From an uncultured Actinomycetes bacterium (lineage in GTDB: Bacteria > Actinomycetota > Thermoleophilia > Gaiellales > Gaiellaceae), in NCBI GenBank assembly GCA_963734285.1, contig CAVTGM010000009.1:8663-72662 (forward strand): a stretch of DNA of 64,000 nt. Reading direction: 5' to 3'. The notes beneath the pieces are model-generated. The model was not told the DNA's origin and made no database searches. It saw nothing but the letters and a program-made list of their open reading frames with translations. Below, piece after piece: positions 27,964 through 40,461 of this stretch (position 1 is its first letter; each line of letters starts with the position of its first letter). The translations under genes and the position numbers were made by a program.

Positions 27964-29104
27964 TCGGGGTCACCGCCAGGACGTCGGCGAGGTGGATGAG
28001 ACGGGACGTCGTGCGCGCGACGGCGCGCACCTCCGCCTCGTCCTCGGCGTCGGGCAGCGTGCGCCAGAGCTCCTGTGCAACGAGCAGCAGCTCCCGGATC
28101 TGCTCGAGGTCGCGGCCGGCGCCGTTGCGATCGTTCGTGGCGTTGAGCGCGAGGCCGAGTGCACCGAACGTGTCCTGCTGCCGGATGAAGATGAGTGGCA
28201 GCGCCATCGAGAGGTACTGGTGGATGCGCGCGAGCGGCATCGGCTGCGCGAAGACGTCCGTGCCCTGCGGACGCGATGGCTCGAGCGGGGGCTCGCCGTC
28301 GGCGATGCGGTTCGCGTTGCCCGAGAGCATGTCCGCGACCTGCGGCTCGGTCAGGCCGGCGGTGCGCGCGGTGCGCAACGAGAGCAGGAGTGAGTTCGGC
28401 TGGCCACCGTACGGATAGTCGGAGGCGTAGACGACCTGCTCCGGCGGCACGAGGTGGAAGAACTCGAGCAGGTCGATCGCGCTCCAGACCGAGGTGTCGA
28501 AGAAGACTCCCGCCTTGCCCGCGAAGTGCGACGCGAGTCCGGAGAGGTCGGCGATCCCAGCGTGCGCGATGATCAGCTGCGCGTTCGGGTACGCGTCGAC
28601 GAGGCGGTGCAGGCTGTCGGCGATCGGCGGTAGGCCGCGGCCGCCGTGGATGAGGATCGGCACGCGCCGCTCCGCGGCGATCGCGAACACGGGCGCGAGC
28701 CGGTCGTCGTCGAGTAGGAACTTCTGCGCCCGCGGGTGCAGCTTGATGCCGCGCGCGCCGAGGTCGAGGCACCGCTCCGCCTCTCCGATCGGATCCTCGG
28801 CGAGGTCGAGGCGCACGAAGGGGATCATCCGGCCCTGCGACCGCTCGGCGAACGCGAGCGTCCGGTCGTTCCCGGCGCGGAACCCGGGGTGCCGGTCGGG
28901 CTCGTCCAGGCAGAAGAAGAAGCATCGCGAGATCCCGTACCGGTCGAGCGTCTCCTCGAGCTGCTCGAACCGGCCGACGCTGCCGTCGATGTCGGTGCCG
29001 AGGTGGGTGTGCGCGTCGAAGACGTCCACACCGGCAGGCATTTCGGCCCGCAGCTCGACCTCGAATGCGGCGAAGAGCTCGCGGGCGCGCTCCAGCGGCT
29101 CCAT
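27956..29104 (-). CDS. Amidohydrolase family (TIM-barrel metal-dependent hydrolase)
   Basis: VFDAHTHLG metal-binding start, GIKLHP, ILIHGG, IIAHAG and YASDYPY. Likely start is MEPLERAREL (29104); the longest ORF starts at 29128. Confidence 0.75.
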   Translation of the reverse strand: MEPLERARELFAAFEVELRAEMPAGVDVFDAHTHLGTDIDGSVGRFEQLEETLDRYGISRCFFFCLDEPDRHPGFRAGNDRTLAFAERSQGRMIPFVRLDLAEDPIGEAERCLDLGARGIKLHPRAQKFLLDDDRLAPVFAIAAERRVPILIHGGRGLPPIADSLHRLVDAYPNAQLIIAHAGIADLSGLASHFAGKAGVFFDTSVWSAIDLLEFFHLVPPEQVVYASDYPYGGQPNSLLLSLRTARTAGLTEPQVADMLSGNANRIADGEPPLEPSRPQGTDVFAQPMPLARIHQYLSMALPLIFIRQQDTFGALGLALNATNDRNGAGRDLEQIRELLLVAQELWRTLPDAEDEAEVRAVARTTSRLIHLADVLAVTPNA

Positions 29105-29145
29105 CCTCCGACTGTATCGGGCCTGCACATGTCTAGGATCCGCCC

Positions 29146-30275
29146 ATGACTGACGTCCTGATCCATGCCGATACGACCCGCTCGCCCGCGATGCGGCACG
29201 AGATCCCGCTCGCCGTCCCGGATCCGTTCCTGTACGTCGAGCACGACGGGCGCCGCCTCGTCGTCATCACCTCGTTCGAGCGCGAGCGGCTGAAGGCCGT
29301 CGCGCCCGACATCGAGGCCCTGCCCCCCGAGCAGTTCGGGGTCGACGAGCTCCTGCGCGGAGGCACGCCTCCCGTCCAGGCGATGCTCGAGGTCTACGCG
29401 CGCGCGCTCAAGGAGATCGGCGTCTCGAGCGCCGACGTGCCCGCGCAGTTCCCGCTCGAGCTCGCTGACCATCTCCGCGCCAACGGCGTCGAGATCAGCG
29501 TCGCCCGCGACCTGTTCGAGGACCGCCGACGGAGCAAGAACGCGAGCGAGATCGCCGGCCTCCGCCGCGCACAGCGCGCGTGCGAAGAGGCGCTCGACGT
29601 CGCGCGAGCAATGCTCCGTGACTCTTCTGGCCTGGGTGTTCTCCAGCACGGAGGCGAGCCGCTCACCTGCGAGTTGATCAAGGCGGAGATGCAGCAGGTC
29701 TTCGTTTCGTGCGGTGCGATCGCCGACGAGTTCATCGTCGCGCACGGAGCGCAGGGTGCCGTCGGTCACGACATGGGCTCCGGCCCGATCTCGGCCGGCG
29801 AGTCTGTCGTCTTCGACCTGTGGCCGCGCGATGCAGAGACGGCCGTCTACACCGACATGACGCGCACGTACGTCGTCGGCGACGTCCCCGACGAGATCCG
29901 CGAGTACCACCTGCTGTGCAAGGAGGCGCTCGAGCGCACCACCGAGGCTGCGAAGCCCGGAGTGAACGGGCGCGACCTGATGCAGATCGCCTGCGACATC
30001 TTCGCCGCCGCCGGATACCCGACGCAGCTGACGAAGAAGCCGGGCGAGGTGCTCGACAGCGGCTTCTTCCACGGGCTCGGCCACGGCGTCGGTCTCGAGG
30101 TGCACGAGCGGCCGCGCCTGTCGGTCGTGGGCGACGATCTCGTCCCGGGCGACGTGATCACGCTCGAGCCCGGCCTGTACCGCGCAGGCTACGGCGGCGT
30201 GCGACTCGAGGACATTCTCCTCGTCACGGACAACGGCGCCGAGACGGTGACGAAGTACCCGTACGAGCTCGAGCC

Positions 30276-30279
<4 letters not shown>
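29146..30279 (+). CDS. M24 family metallopeptidase (Xaa-Pro aminopeptidase-like)
   Basis: 377 aa with VVFDLWP, YTDMTRT, HGLGHGVGLEVHE, TLEPGLY and VRLEDILLV metal-ligand motifs. Confidence 0.85.
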
Positions 30280-32208
<1,929 letters not shown>

Positions 32209-32222
<14 letters not shown>

Positions 32223-32643
32223 AGAGCTCGGCATCGAGCTCTTCAACAAGACGTGGGCGCTGATGGAGAGCCCGGAGCGCGACGAGGACGAGCTCCTGCA
32301 CTGCGCGCACGCGTCGGCGTATCACTGGCGCCAGGCGGGAACGGTTGCGAACCACGCGCGGAGCGAGTGGCAGTGCTCGCGCGTCTATTCGGTGCTCGGC
32401 CGCCCGGAGCCGGCGCTCCACCATGCGCGGCGCTGTCTCGAGCTGTGCGAGTCGGCGCCGGACGAGATCGAGGAGTTCGATCTGCCCTTTGCCTACGAGG
32501 CGATGGCGCGAGCGAACGCGGTCGCCGGGGACGCGGACGCAGCCCGGGAGTGGCTCGCGCGCGCTCGCGCGGCCGGTGAGAAGATCGGCGACGAGGACGA
32601 CCGTGTCCTCCTCGAGTCCGATCTCGCCACGATCGCCGTGTAG
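32209..32643 (+). CDS. Hypothetical protein (144 aa, helical)
   Basis: GTG 32209 lies in the frame of ORF 32119..32643 and overlaps the acs stop by 14 nt. No recognised motif. Confidence 0.45.
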
Positions 32644-32724
32644 GAGTCCGGGAATGGGGGTAGAAGAACGGCCCCCACACGTTTCCCGGCCAGGTTGAAA
32701 GCACCCTGACGGGCGGCTCCGGGC

Positions 32725-33999
32725 TTAGGTGCTGACTGGACCGCCGACCGAGGCCGATTGCTCCGCCGCGTCTTCCGCGACGCGCACGTGGCGCAGCGGC
32801 GAGGGTAGGAGCGGGAGGAACGCGAGCGCACATCCGGCTGCGCCGACCCACAGGGCGGCACGTATACCGAACGCAGACGCGAGCGCGCCACCGAGGAGCC
32901 CGCCGAAGGGCATGACGCCCCAGACGGCGAACCGTCGTGATGCGTTCGCGCGTCCGAGGAGGCGGTCGGGCGTGATCGTCTGCACGAGGCTGATGCCGTT
33001 GACGTTGGCAGCGAGCGCGCAGAAGCCGAAGACGAACTGGGCGGCGACGATGAACGGAATCGCGTAGCCGTCGCGGGCGAGTGGGATGAGGATGAACACG
33101 GCGCCGCCGACGGCGGCGAGGCCGATCATCGCCGGCCCCAGTCCGAACCTGCGTGAGATTCGGGTGCCGGTGAGCGCGCCGAGCAGCGTGCCGATACTTG
33201 CGATCGAGAACATCAACCCGATGGTCGCGGAATGCAGGTGCAGCGTTCGCACTTCGAACACGAGCAGGACGGCGTTCATCACGATCCCGAAGAAGTTGCT
33301 CGCGGCCACCCACGCCATCATCGGCCCGAGAATCGGCTGCCTCATGACGTAGCGGAGCCCCTCCGCGATCTCGTCGCGCATGTGGCGCCTCGAGGCGGCC
33401 AGCGTCTCCGGCAGTTCCTCGACCCTGCGGATCGCGCCGAGCAGGAGCGCCGAGGCGGCGAAGCTCGCCGCATCGACCGCGATCGCGTACGGCGCGGAGA
33501 TGGCGCCGACGAGCACGCCTGCGATTCCGGGGCCGGCGACCTGGGCGCCGGACGCGCTCGACTGAAGCCTCGAGTTGGCGTCGCCGAGCTCGCTTCGATC
33601 GACGAGCGACGGGAGGTACGACTGGTAGGAGACGTCGAACGCCACCGTCAGCGTCCCGGTGACGAAGCCGACGACGAAGAGCTGCGTCAACGTCAAGTCG
33701 TGCATCGCGTACGCGATGGGAATCGTCGCGAGGACCGCACCGCGGCCCCAGTCCGCCGCAACGAGCAGCGGCTTCCGTCTCAGGCGGTCGACCCAGACAC
33801 CGGCCGGAAGGCTGAAGAAGATCCACGGCAGGAGATCGACGACGTTGAGCGCCGCGACCTGGAACGTCGACGCGTGCAGCACGAGGATGGCGGCCAGCGG
33901 CAGCGCGAGGTTCGTGACCTGACTTCCGAGCTGGCTGACGCTCTGCGCCGACCACAGGTAGAGGAAGTCCCGATTGCGCCACAGGGCGCTTCGCTGCAC
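32725..33999 (-). CDS. MFS transporter (EntS/MFS_3-like)
   Basis: 424 aa, 12 TM, with RNRDFLYLWSAQSVSQLG and GVWVDRLRRKP motifs. Confidence 0.85.
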   Translation of the reverse strand: MQRSALWRNRDFLYLWSAQSVSQLGSQVTNLALPLAAILVLHASTFQVAALNVVDLLPWIFFSLPAGVWVDRLRRKPLLVAADWGRGAVLATIPIAYAMHDLTLTQLFVVGFVTGTLTVAFDVSYQSYLPSLVDRSELGDANSRLQSSASGAQVAGPGIAGVLVGAISAPYAIAVDAASFAASALLLGAIRRVEELPETLAASRRHMRDEIAEGLRYVMRQPILGPMMAWVAASNFFGIVMNAVLLVFEVRTLHLHSATIGLMFSIASIGTLLGALTGTRISRRFGLGPAMIGLAAVGGAVFILIPLARDGYAIPFIVAAQFVFGFCALAANVNGISLVQTITPDRLLGRANASRRFAVWGVMPFGGLLGGALASAFGIRAALWVGAAGCALAFLPLLPSPLRHVRVAEDAAEQSASVGGPVST

Positions 34000-35258
34000 T
34001 AGATCAGCTTGTCAAACCTATCGGGGTCGTCGAACGGGCCGATCACCGCGAGTCGTAGCTTGTCGTCGGCGATGACGTCCTGCGCGACGCGCTGCACGTC
34101 CTCCACGGTGACGGCGGAGATGCCGGCGAGCACCTCGTCCGGATCGGGCGCGCGCTGCTCGAGCACTTCCTTGCGCAGGCCGTACATGATCAGGCCCTGC
34201 GGATTCTCGAGCTGGAGCACGAAGCGGCCCTTCGCGAAGTTCTGCGCCTTCTCCAGCTCGTCGGCGGGGACCGGCGTAGCGGCCATCCCCTTCAGCTCGG
34301 AGATGATCGTCGTCAGCGCCTCGTCGATGCGGTTGATGTCGACGCCGGCCTGCGAGTACAGCGAACCGGCGTCGGTGTAGCTGTGGTTGACGCCGTACAC
34401 GTAATACGCGAGTCCGCGGCGCTCGCGCACCTCGGTGAAGAGGCGCGACGACATTCCGCCGCCGAGCACGGTGGCGACCATCTGCAGTGCGTAGCGATCG
34501 GGATGCGCGAGCGGGTAGCTCGGGACGCCCGCGATTACGTGCGCCTGGTCGGACTGCTTCGTGAAGACCTTGACCTGCCCGTTCGCGTGCGGCTGCACGG
34601 GACTTGGCGTGCCGGTCGCGACTGCGGGCATGTCGCCGAGCAGCTCGGTCAGGCGCGCGACGGCGTCGTCGCCGATGCGGCCGGCGATGCCGACGACCAT
34701 GCGCTCCGGGTGATACCAGCGGTCGAGATACGACATGAACGTCTCGCGCGTCGCCGCGCGGACGGTCTCCTTCCGGCCGATGATGTCCCAGCCGAGGGGC
34801 TGGTCGCCATACAGGAGCTCCTCGTACACGCCGCCGATGAAGTCGCGCGGCGTGTCGAAGTACATGTTCATCTCTTCGACGATGACGCCCTTCTCGCGAT
34901 CGATCTCGGCGCCGTCGAAGCGCGAGTTCCGCAGCATGTCGACGAGAACGTCGAGCGCGACGTCGCGATGCTCCGCGGCGCACTTGACGAAGTAGGCGGT
35001 CGTCTCCTTGCTCGTGAACGCGTTGAACTCTCCGCCGATCGAGTCGATCTCGCCGGCGATCGCGCGCGCGTTCGGGCGCCGCTCCGTCCCCTTGAAGAAC
35101 ATGTGCTCCGAGAAGTGCGCGATCCCGTTCGTGTCCGGGGTCTCGTATCGCGATCCGGCGGCGAGCATCACCATGCACGTCACCGACTGCGCGTATGGCA
35201 GGTTCGCGGTCAGGATGCGCAGCCCGTTGTCGAGCTGATGTCTCTCGAAGACGCTCAT
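33999..35258 (-). CDS. M16 family (pitrilysin/insulinase-like) peptidase
   Basis: GIAHFSEHMFFKGT is the inverted zincin HxxEH motif; 419 aa. Confidence 0.85.
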   Translation of the reverse strand: MSVFERHQLDNGLRILTANLPYAQSVTCMVMLAAGSRYETPDTNGIAHFSEHMFFKGTERRPNARAIAGEIDSIGGEFNAFTSKETTAYFVKCAAEHRDVALDVLVDMLRNSRFDGAEIDREKGVIVEEMNMYFDTPRDFIGGVYEELLYGDQPLGWDIIGRKETVRAATRETFMSYLDRWYHPERMVVGIAGRIGDDAVARLTELLGDMPAVATGTPSPVQPHANGQVKVFTKQSDQAHVIAGVPSYPLAHPDRYALQMVATVLGGGMSSRLFTEVRERRGLAYYVYGVNHSYTDAGSLYSQAGVDINRIDEALTTIISELKGMAATPVPADELEKAQNFAKGRFVLQLENPQGLIMYGLRKEVLEQRAPDPDEVLAGISAVTVEDVQRVAQDVIADDKLRLAVIGPFDDPDRFDKLI

Positions 35259-35638
35259 GCGGTAAGTCTCCTCTTCCAGCGGTCAGGGACGGGAACGCTT
35301 TCGCCGCGCGCATAGTCGTAGCCGACGAGGATGCTCTTCGCCTCGGCGACGAGGCGGCCGTCGGCGCGCAGCTCGTATTCCAGCTCGAAGCTCTTCGTGC
35401 CGACGCGGACGGGGCGGACGCCGATGTCGACGATCTCGCCCTCGCCGACCTGCGCGCGGAAGTCGATCTCCGTCCGCGCGAGAATGACGTCGCGGAGCGG
35501 CATCTCCTCGTCCTGCCCGAACCACGCAAGCCGCGCCTGCTCGAGGTAGGTCGAGAAGACCGCGTTGTTCACGTGGCCCATGCCGTCGAGATCGCGGAAT
35601 CGGACCGTCTCGCGGTGCACGAACGGAAACCCCTCCAC
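35255..35638 (-). CDS. Acyl-CoA thioesterase, 4HBT/YbgC-like hotdog fold
   Basis: VRFRDLDGMGHVNNAVFSTYLEQAR motif; 127 aa. It overlaps the M16 start by 4 nt. Confidence 0.8.
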   Translation of the reverse strand: MEGFPFVHRETVRFRDLDGMGHVNNAVFSTYLEQARLAWFGQDEEMPLRDVILARTEIDFRAQVGEGEIVDIGVRPVRVGTKSFELEYELRADGRLVAEAKSILVGYDYARGESVPVPDRWKRRLTA

Positions 35639-35661
35639 GCGATCGATGGTATAGACGCCAT

Positions 35662-36523
35662 ATGGCCGGAGAGCAGACGAAGGCGGCGATAGCCGCGCAG
35701 CCCGAGTGGCTCGCCCAGGTTCCGACGGATCGCCGGTTTCCGGACGGTGCGCGGCTCGTCTTCACGGGCTGCGGCACCTCGTTCCACGCCGCGATGACCG
35801 GCGGGAACGCCGTGCAGGCGTTCGAGCTGGTGCTCTCGCCCGAGCGGAATGCGGACCTGCTCGTTCTCGTGTCGCACGAGGGGTCGACGCCGATGACGCT
35901 CGAGGCCGCCCGCTCGTTCCCGGGGCCGAAGTGGCTCGTGACCGGCAAGGCCGACGGACCGATCGCCGAGCTGTGCGACGAGGTGATCGTGTGCACGCCG
36001 GCGATCGAGGAGAGCTGGTGCCACACGGTGAGCTACACGTGCGCGGTCGCCGCCATTGCCGCGCTGCGCGGCGAGGACGTGTCGTGGCTGCCGGATGCGG
36101 TCGCGGAGGCGCTCGCCGCCGAGCTTCCGTCCTTCGGAGTGCAGGAGCGCTTTCTCGTCGCGGGTGCAGGCGGCAACCTGCCGACTGCGCACGAGGCGGT
36201 GCTGAAGCTGCGCGAAGGCGCGTGGGTCGCAGCTGAGGCGTACGAGACCGAGCAGTTGCTGCACGGCTACCTCGCCGCCGTCGACGAAACGGTGCGCGCG
36301 TTCGTGCTCGACGGTCCGCGGGCCTCGAACGCCGTCGAGTGCACTCCGCGAGCTCGGGTGCGACGTCACGCTCGTGCCGACCCGGCACCCGGTCGTCGAC
36401 ATCGTCCCGTTCCAGCGTCTCACCGTCGCGATCGCCGACGCACGCGGCCGCGAGCCCGACCGCATCCACCGCCACGACCCGCGCTGGGCCGCCGCAGCTG
36501 CGGCCGGCAAAGCGGAGGCCTAG
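35662..36523 (+). pseudogene. SIS domain protein (sugar isomerase/FrlB-GlmS C-domain-like), frame broken near 36340
   Basis: RLVFTGCGTSFHAA and LLVLVSHEGST read in frame 1. The natural end ALRELGCDVTLVPTRHPVVDIVPFQRLTVAIADARG...AEA-stop (TAG 36521-36523) is readable only after skipping 1 nt. Confidence 0.65.
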
Positions 36524-37467
36524 GAGAGAAGCTCTCGCTCTCGCTCGCGCGAGAGCGTCGGTCGCTGCTCGCCCGCCTCGAGGCTCCACGCGAGCGTGTC
36601 GCGCGCCGTCTCCTCGAGCGGCCGGAACGTCAGGCCCGCCGCGAGCGCGCGGGAGATGTCCGCTCGCAGTAGGCCGGCGTACTCGTCGCCCGGAAGCCAC
36701 AGCGGCAGTTCCATCCACGGGCCGACGCCCGCGTCGAGGAGCGTCTGGTCGTCGACCCACACGAGCTCCGCGTCGCCGCCGATGCGCTCGAGCGTCTCCC
36801 CGAGCGTCAGCGGCTCGGCCGGCCCCGTCGCGTTGAACACGCCGCTCGTGCGCTGCTCCGCGAGATGGACGAGGAAGGCGCCGAGGTCGCGAGCGTCGAT
36901 CAGCTGCACTCCCTGCGACGGGTCGCCGGGCGCGAGCACCGTGCCGCCCTCAGCGAGCCGTCGCGGCCAGTACGTGAAGCGGTCGGTCGGGTCGTGCGGG
37001 CCGACGATGAGCCCTGCGCGCGCGATCGCGGCGCGCTCGCCGAAGACGTCCTCGATGACGCGCTCCGACCCGACCTTGAGCCCGCCGTACTGCTCGGCGT
37101 CGAAGGTCTCCGGCTCCGGGTCGGGCGGATCGAAGAGCGGCGAGCTCTCGTCGATCGGCTTCGACGTGTCCGAGTACACCGAGATGGTGGACACGAACAC
37201 GTAGTGGCCGACGTCGACCGCGTCGGCTCGCGCACGTGTATAGCGCGGGAGCTGCGTCGGATCGAGATCGATCGCGGCGTCCCATGTGTCGCCCCCGAGC
37301 GCTGAGAGGTCCTCCTTCAGATCGCCGTGGATCTGCTCGACCTCCGGATAGAGATCGGGATTCGTCTGGCCGCGGTTGAAGAGCGTCACGTCGTGCCCGC
37401 CGGCGAGCGCGGCGTCGACGACGCCGCGACCGAGGAACTTCGTCCCGCCGAAGACGAGCAGCTTCAT
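36520..37467 (-). CDS. NAD-dependent epimerase/dehydratase family (SDR) protein
   Basis: From MKLLVFGGTKFLGRGVV (GxxGxxG), 315 aa; this is the real part of ORF 36520..38202. ATGA overlap with the M20 stop. Confidence 0.8.
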   Translation of the reverse strand: MKLLVFGGTKFLGRGVVDAALAGGHDVTLFNRGQTNPDLYPEVEQIHGDLKEDLSALGGDTWDAAIDLDPTQLPRYTRARADAVDVGHYVFVSTISVYSDTSKPIDESSPLFDPPDPEPETFDAEQYGGLKVGSERVIEDVFGERAAIARAGLIVGPHDPTDRFTYWPRRLAEGGTVLAPGDPSQGVQLIDARDLGAFLVHLAEQRTSGVFNATGPAEPLTLGETLERIGGDAELVWVDDQTLLDAGVGPWMELPLWLPGDEYAGLLRADISRALAAGLTFRPLEETARDTLAWSLEAGEQRPTLSRERERELLS

Positions 37468-38765
37468 CCGGCGTACCGCTCGATCGCCATGCCGACGGCC
37501 TGCGCGCCGAAGCGGATCGCGTCCGCCGTCACCCGCTCGTTCGCGGCGTGGATCAGGCTGGAGAAGACGAAGTCGTCCGGCAGGCGCAGCGGCAGGAAGC
37601 CGTACGTCTGGATTCCGATGTCGGCGAGGAAGCGGCCGTCCGTCACGCCGACCTGGAGCAACGGCACGGGCACGCCCTCCGGGTCGAGCTCGCGCAGGAT
37701 GTCCGACAGCATCGGCATCTGCGACAGGTCCGAGTGCTCCGGATAGGGATCGTGGCGGATGACCTCGAGCTCGAGCTCCGCGCCGACGAGCGTGTGGATC
37801 TCGCGGATGATGTCCTCGGGGCCGAAGCCGGGCAGCAGGCGGCCGTCGAGCTGGAGCTCGATCGTCGACGGGATGACGTTGATCTTCTCGCCGCCGTGGA
37901 CGATCGTCGCGCTCACGGTGTTGCGCAGCGCGCGGTCGAGGGGCCGCAGCTCCGCGAGCGGCGCGCGCAGCGTGAGCTCGGCGAGGCGTGGGTCGAGGAG
38001 CGAGCGCAGCACGAGCGACTGCGGCTTCGGCAGCGCCTCGGCCATTCCCTCGATCCACGCGCGCGCGACCGGCGTCACGTGCACCGGCAGGCGCCCGGAG
38101 TCGAGGCGGGCGAGGATGCGCCCGAGCTTGCCCATCGCGCTCCCGCGCACGCCGAGCGCGCCGTGCCCGCCCGGCCCGCGCACGACGCCGCGCATCCAGC
38201 ACATCTGCTTCTCCGCCACCTGGATCGGATAGAACCGCCGCCCGCCGACCATCTGCGACGCGCCGCCGAACTCGCCGAGCGAGTGCTTCACGCCCTCGAA
38301 CAGGTCGGCGTGCTCCTGCGCGAGGAAGCGGGCACCGAAGTCGCCGCCGTTCTCCTCGTCGCTCAGCACGGCGAGGACGAGGTCGCCGCGCGGGCGGATC
38401 TCACCGCGCGCCGCACGCATGAACGCGTCGAGCATCATCGCGACGCCGCCCTTCATGTCGAGCGCGCCACGGCCCCAGACCCAGCCGTCGACGAGCTCGC
38501 CGGCGAACGGCGGGTGCGTCCACTCCTGACCCGAGGTGGTGACGACGTCGACGTGGCCGTACAGCAGGAGCGGCGGCGCCTCGCCCGCGCCGCGCACGCG
38601 CGCGATCAGGTTCGGCCGCGCGTCGTCCTTCGCGACGATGCGCGTCTCGGCGCCGGCCTCTTCGACGAGGCGCTGGACGTACGCGATGCATTCGCCCTCG
38701 TTGCCGGGCGGGTTCGTCGTGTCGAATCGGAGGAGGTCGCGGAGGAGCTCGACGACGTCCGTCAC
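37464..38765 (-). CDS. M20 family metallopeptidase (ArgE/DapE/ACY1/CPG2 family)
   Basis: The GTG start overlaps the upstream stop (GTGA). Motifs: LLRFDTTNPPGNE, LLLYGHVDVV, WGRGALDMKGG and LSDEENGG. Confidence 0.85.
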   Translation of the reverse strand: MTDVVELLRDLLRFDTTNPPGNEGECIAYVQRLVEEAGAETRIVAKDDARPNLIARVRGAGEAPPLLLYGHVDVVTTSGQEWTHPPFAGELVDGWVWGRGALDMKGGVAMMLDAFMRAARGEIRPRGDLVLAVLSDEENGGDFGARFLAQEHADLFEGVKHSLGEFGGASQMVGGRRFYPIQVAEKQMCWMRGVVRGPGGHGALGVRGSAMGKLGRILARLDSGRLPVHVTPVARAWIEGMAEALPKPQSLVLRSLLDPRLAELTLRAPLAELRPLDRALRNTVSATIVHGGEKINVIPSTIELQLDGRLLPGFGPEDIIREIHTLVGAELELEVIRHDPYPEHSDLSQMPMLSDILRELDPEGVPVPLLQVGVTDGRFLADIGIQTYGFLPLRLPDDFVFSSLIHAANERVTADAIRFGAQAVGMAIERYAG

Positions 38766-39917
38766 TGCATCGCCTCGAGCGCGCGGACGAGCCGGTCGAC
38801 CTCCGCGGTGGTGTTGTAGTGGACGAATCCGGCGCGGACGGCGCCGTCGTCGCCGAGCCCGAGGCGCTTCATCACCTCGACCGCGTAGTAGTTCCCGTCC
38901 CACACGGCGATGTCGAGCTGCCCGAGCCGCTCGGCCACGACACTCGGCGGGACGCCGTCGACGGTGAATGCGAAGGTCGGCACGCGCCCGTCCATCGCCG
39001 GCAGGCCGTACAGCCTGCAGTTCTCGGGGAGGCAGTGCGAGGAAGCGCGTTCCGAGCATTCGCTCGTGCGCGTTGATCGCGTCCCAGCCGAGCGAGTCGA
39101 CGTAGTCGACCGCGGCGACGAAGCCGGCGAGCAGCTCGTGCGCGAGCGTTCCCGTCTCGAAGCGATGGTGCGCGGGGCGCACCTTGTACGTGCGCCACGC
39201 ATCGGCGAGCTCGGCGCGCACGTACGCGAGCCCGAGGTGCGGCCCGAAGAACTTGTACGGCGAGCAGAGGAGCACGTCGACGCCGAGCGACGCGACGTCG
39301 ACCGGGCCGTGAGGCGCGTAATGGACGGCGTCGGCCCAGGCGAGCGCTCCTGCAGCGTGCGCGAGCTCCGCGACGCGCCGCGCGTCGACGATCGTGCCGA
39401 CCGCGTTCGATGCGAGCGGGAACGCGACGATTCGCGTGCGGTCGCTCAGCTGGCGCTCGAGGTCGACGAGGTCGAGCGTCGTGTCGTCGGCGATGTCCGC
39501 GAAGCGGACGGTGAGGTCGAGGTCGTGCGCGAGCTCGAGCCACGGCGAGACGTTGCCGTCGTGGTCGAGGCGCGTCACGACGATCTCGTCGCCGGCGCTC
39601 AGCGTGCGGCCGACCGTGCGCGAGAGCGCGAAGTTGAGCGTCGTCATGTTCGCACCGAAGATCGTCTCGTCCGGATCGCACCACAGGAACGACGCGGCGG
39701 ACTCAGCCGAGCCTGCGTGAGCGAGCGCGTCGCTGCGGCGGCTGTTGCCGAAATGACCGCCGAGGTTCGCGTTCGACTCGCGCAGGTAGGCGGCGATCGC
39801 GTCGATCACCGAGTCCGGGACCTGCGTCCCGCCGGGCCCGTCGAGGAATGCCGTCGGCCCCTGCAGCGCCGTGAAGCGCGCGCGAACGGCGTCGACGTCG
39901 AATGCCGTCACGGCCAC
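38762..39917 (-). pseudogene. Class V aminotransferase / cysteine desulfurase-family protein, frame broken near 39028
   Basis: The N-part (ORF 37464..39917) runs FLDGPGGTQVP...SPYKFFGPHLG...ERMLGTRFL. The C-part PENCRLYGLPAMDGRVPTFAFTVDG...HYNTTAEVDRLVRALEAMQ lies in ORF 38762..39202. An extra C in ctcCCCCgag explains the shift. Confidence 0.7.
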
Positions 39918-39940
39918 GGCAGGACACTACCCTGTCGCCC

Positions 39941-40231
39941 GTGAGCACTCTCGCGCCACCGAAGGAGCGGCTCGACCGCGGCGACCGCAGCGGCCTCGGC
40001 CGCGTGTGGCGCGTGATCGTCCTGAACGACGACCACAACACCTTCGAGGGCGTCGCGTTCGCGCTCTCGTCCGTGCTGCCCGGCGTCGACTACGACGGCG
40101 GGATGCGACTCGCCAACCGGATCCACTCGAGCGGCCAGGCCATCGTGTGGTCCGGCGACCGCGAGCCGGCGGAGCTGTACTGGGAACAGCTGGCCGGGCA
40201 CGGGCTGACGATGGCGCCCCTGGAGCAGTAG
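39941..40231 (+). CDS. clpS: ATP-dependent Clp protease adaptor ClpS
   Basis: WRVIVLNDDHNTFEGVAFAL and HSSGQAIVWSG. GTG 39941 lies within ORF 39902..40231. Confidence 0.85.
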   Translation: MSTLAPPKERLDRGDRSGLGRVWRVIVLNDDHNTFEGVAFALSSVLPGVDYDGGMRLANRIHSSGQAIVWSGDREPAELYWEQLAGHGLTMAPLEQ

Positions 40232-40266
40232 CCGCACCGTCCGGACCTGGACCTAGGCTTTTTGGC

Positions 40267-40461
40267 GTGCGGCGCCTCCGATCGCTGTCCGAGGACGAGT
40301 GCTACGCCCGTTGCTATCGCGGCTGGGAGCCGACGGTGACCGTCGTCAAGCTCGAGCCGCGCCGGCCGCGCTACGCGCTGCCCGTCTCCGGCGAGATGAT
40401 CCGCCAGATCTTCGAGGAGCGGATCGACGCGCGGGCGGACGCAGAGCTCGACGCTGCGTAG
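40267..40461 (+). CDS. Small hypothetical protein (64 aa)
   Basis: GTG 40267 in the frame of ORF 39871..40461: VRRLRSLSEDECYARCYRGWEPTVTVVKLEP. No known motif. Confidence 0.3.
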   Translation: MRRLRSLSEDECYARCYRGWEPTVTVVKLEPRRPRYALPVSGEMIRQIFEERIDARADAELDAA

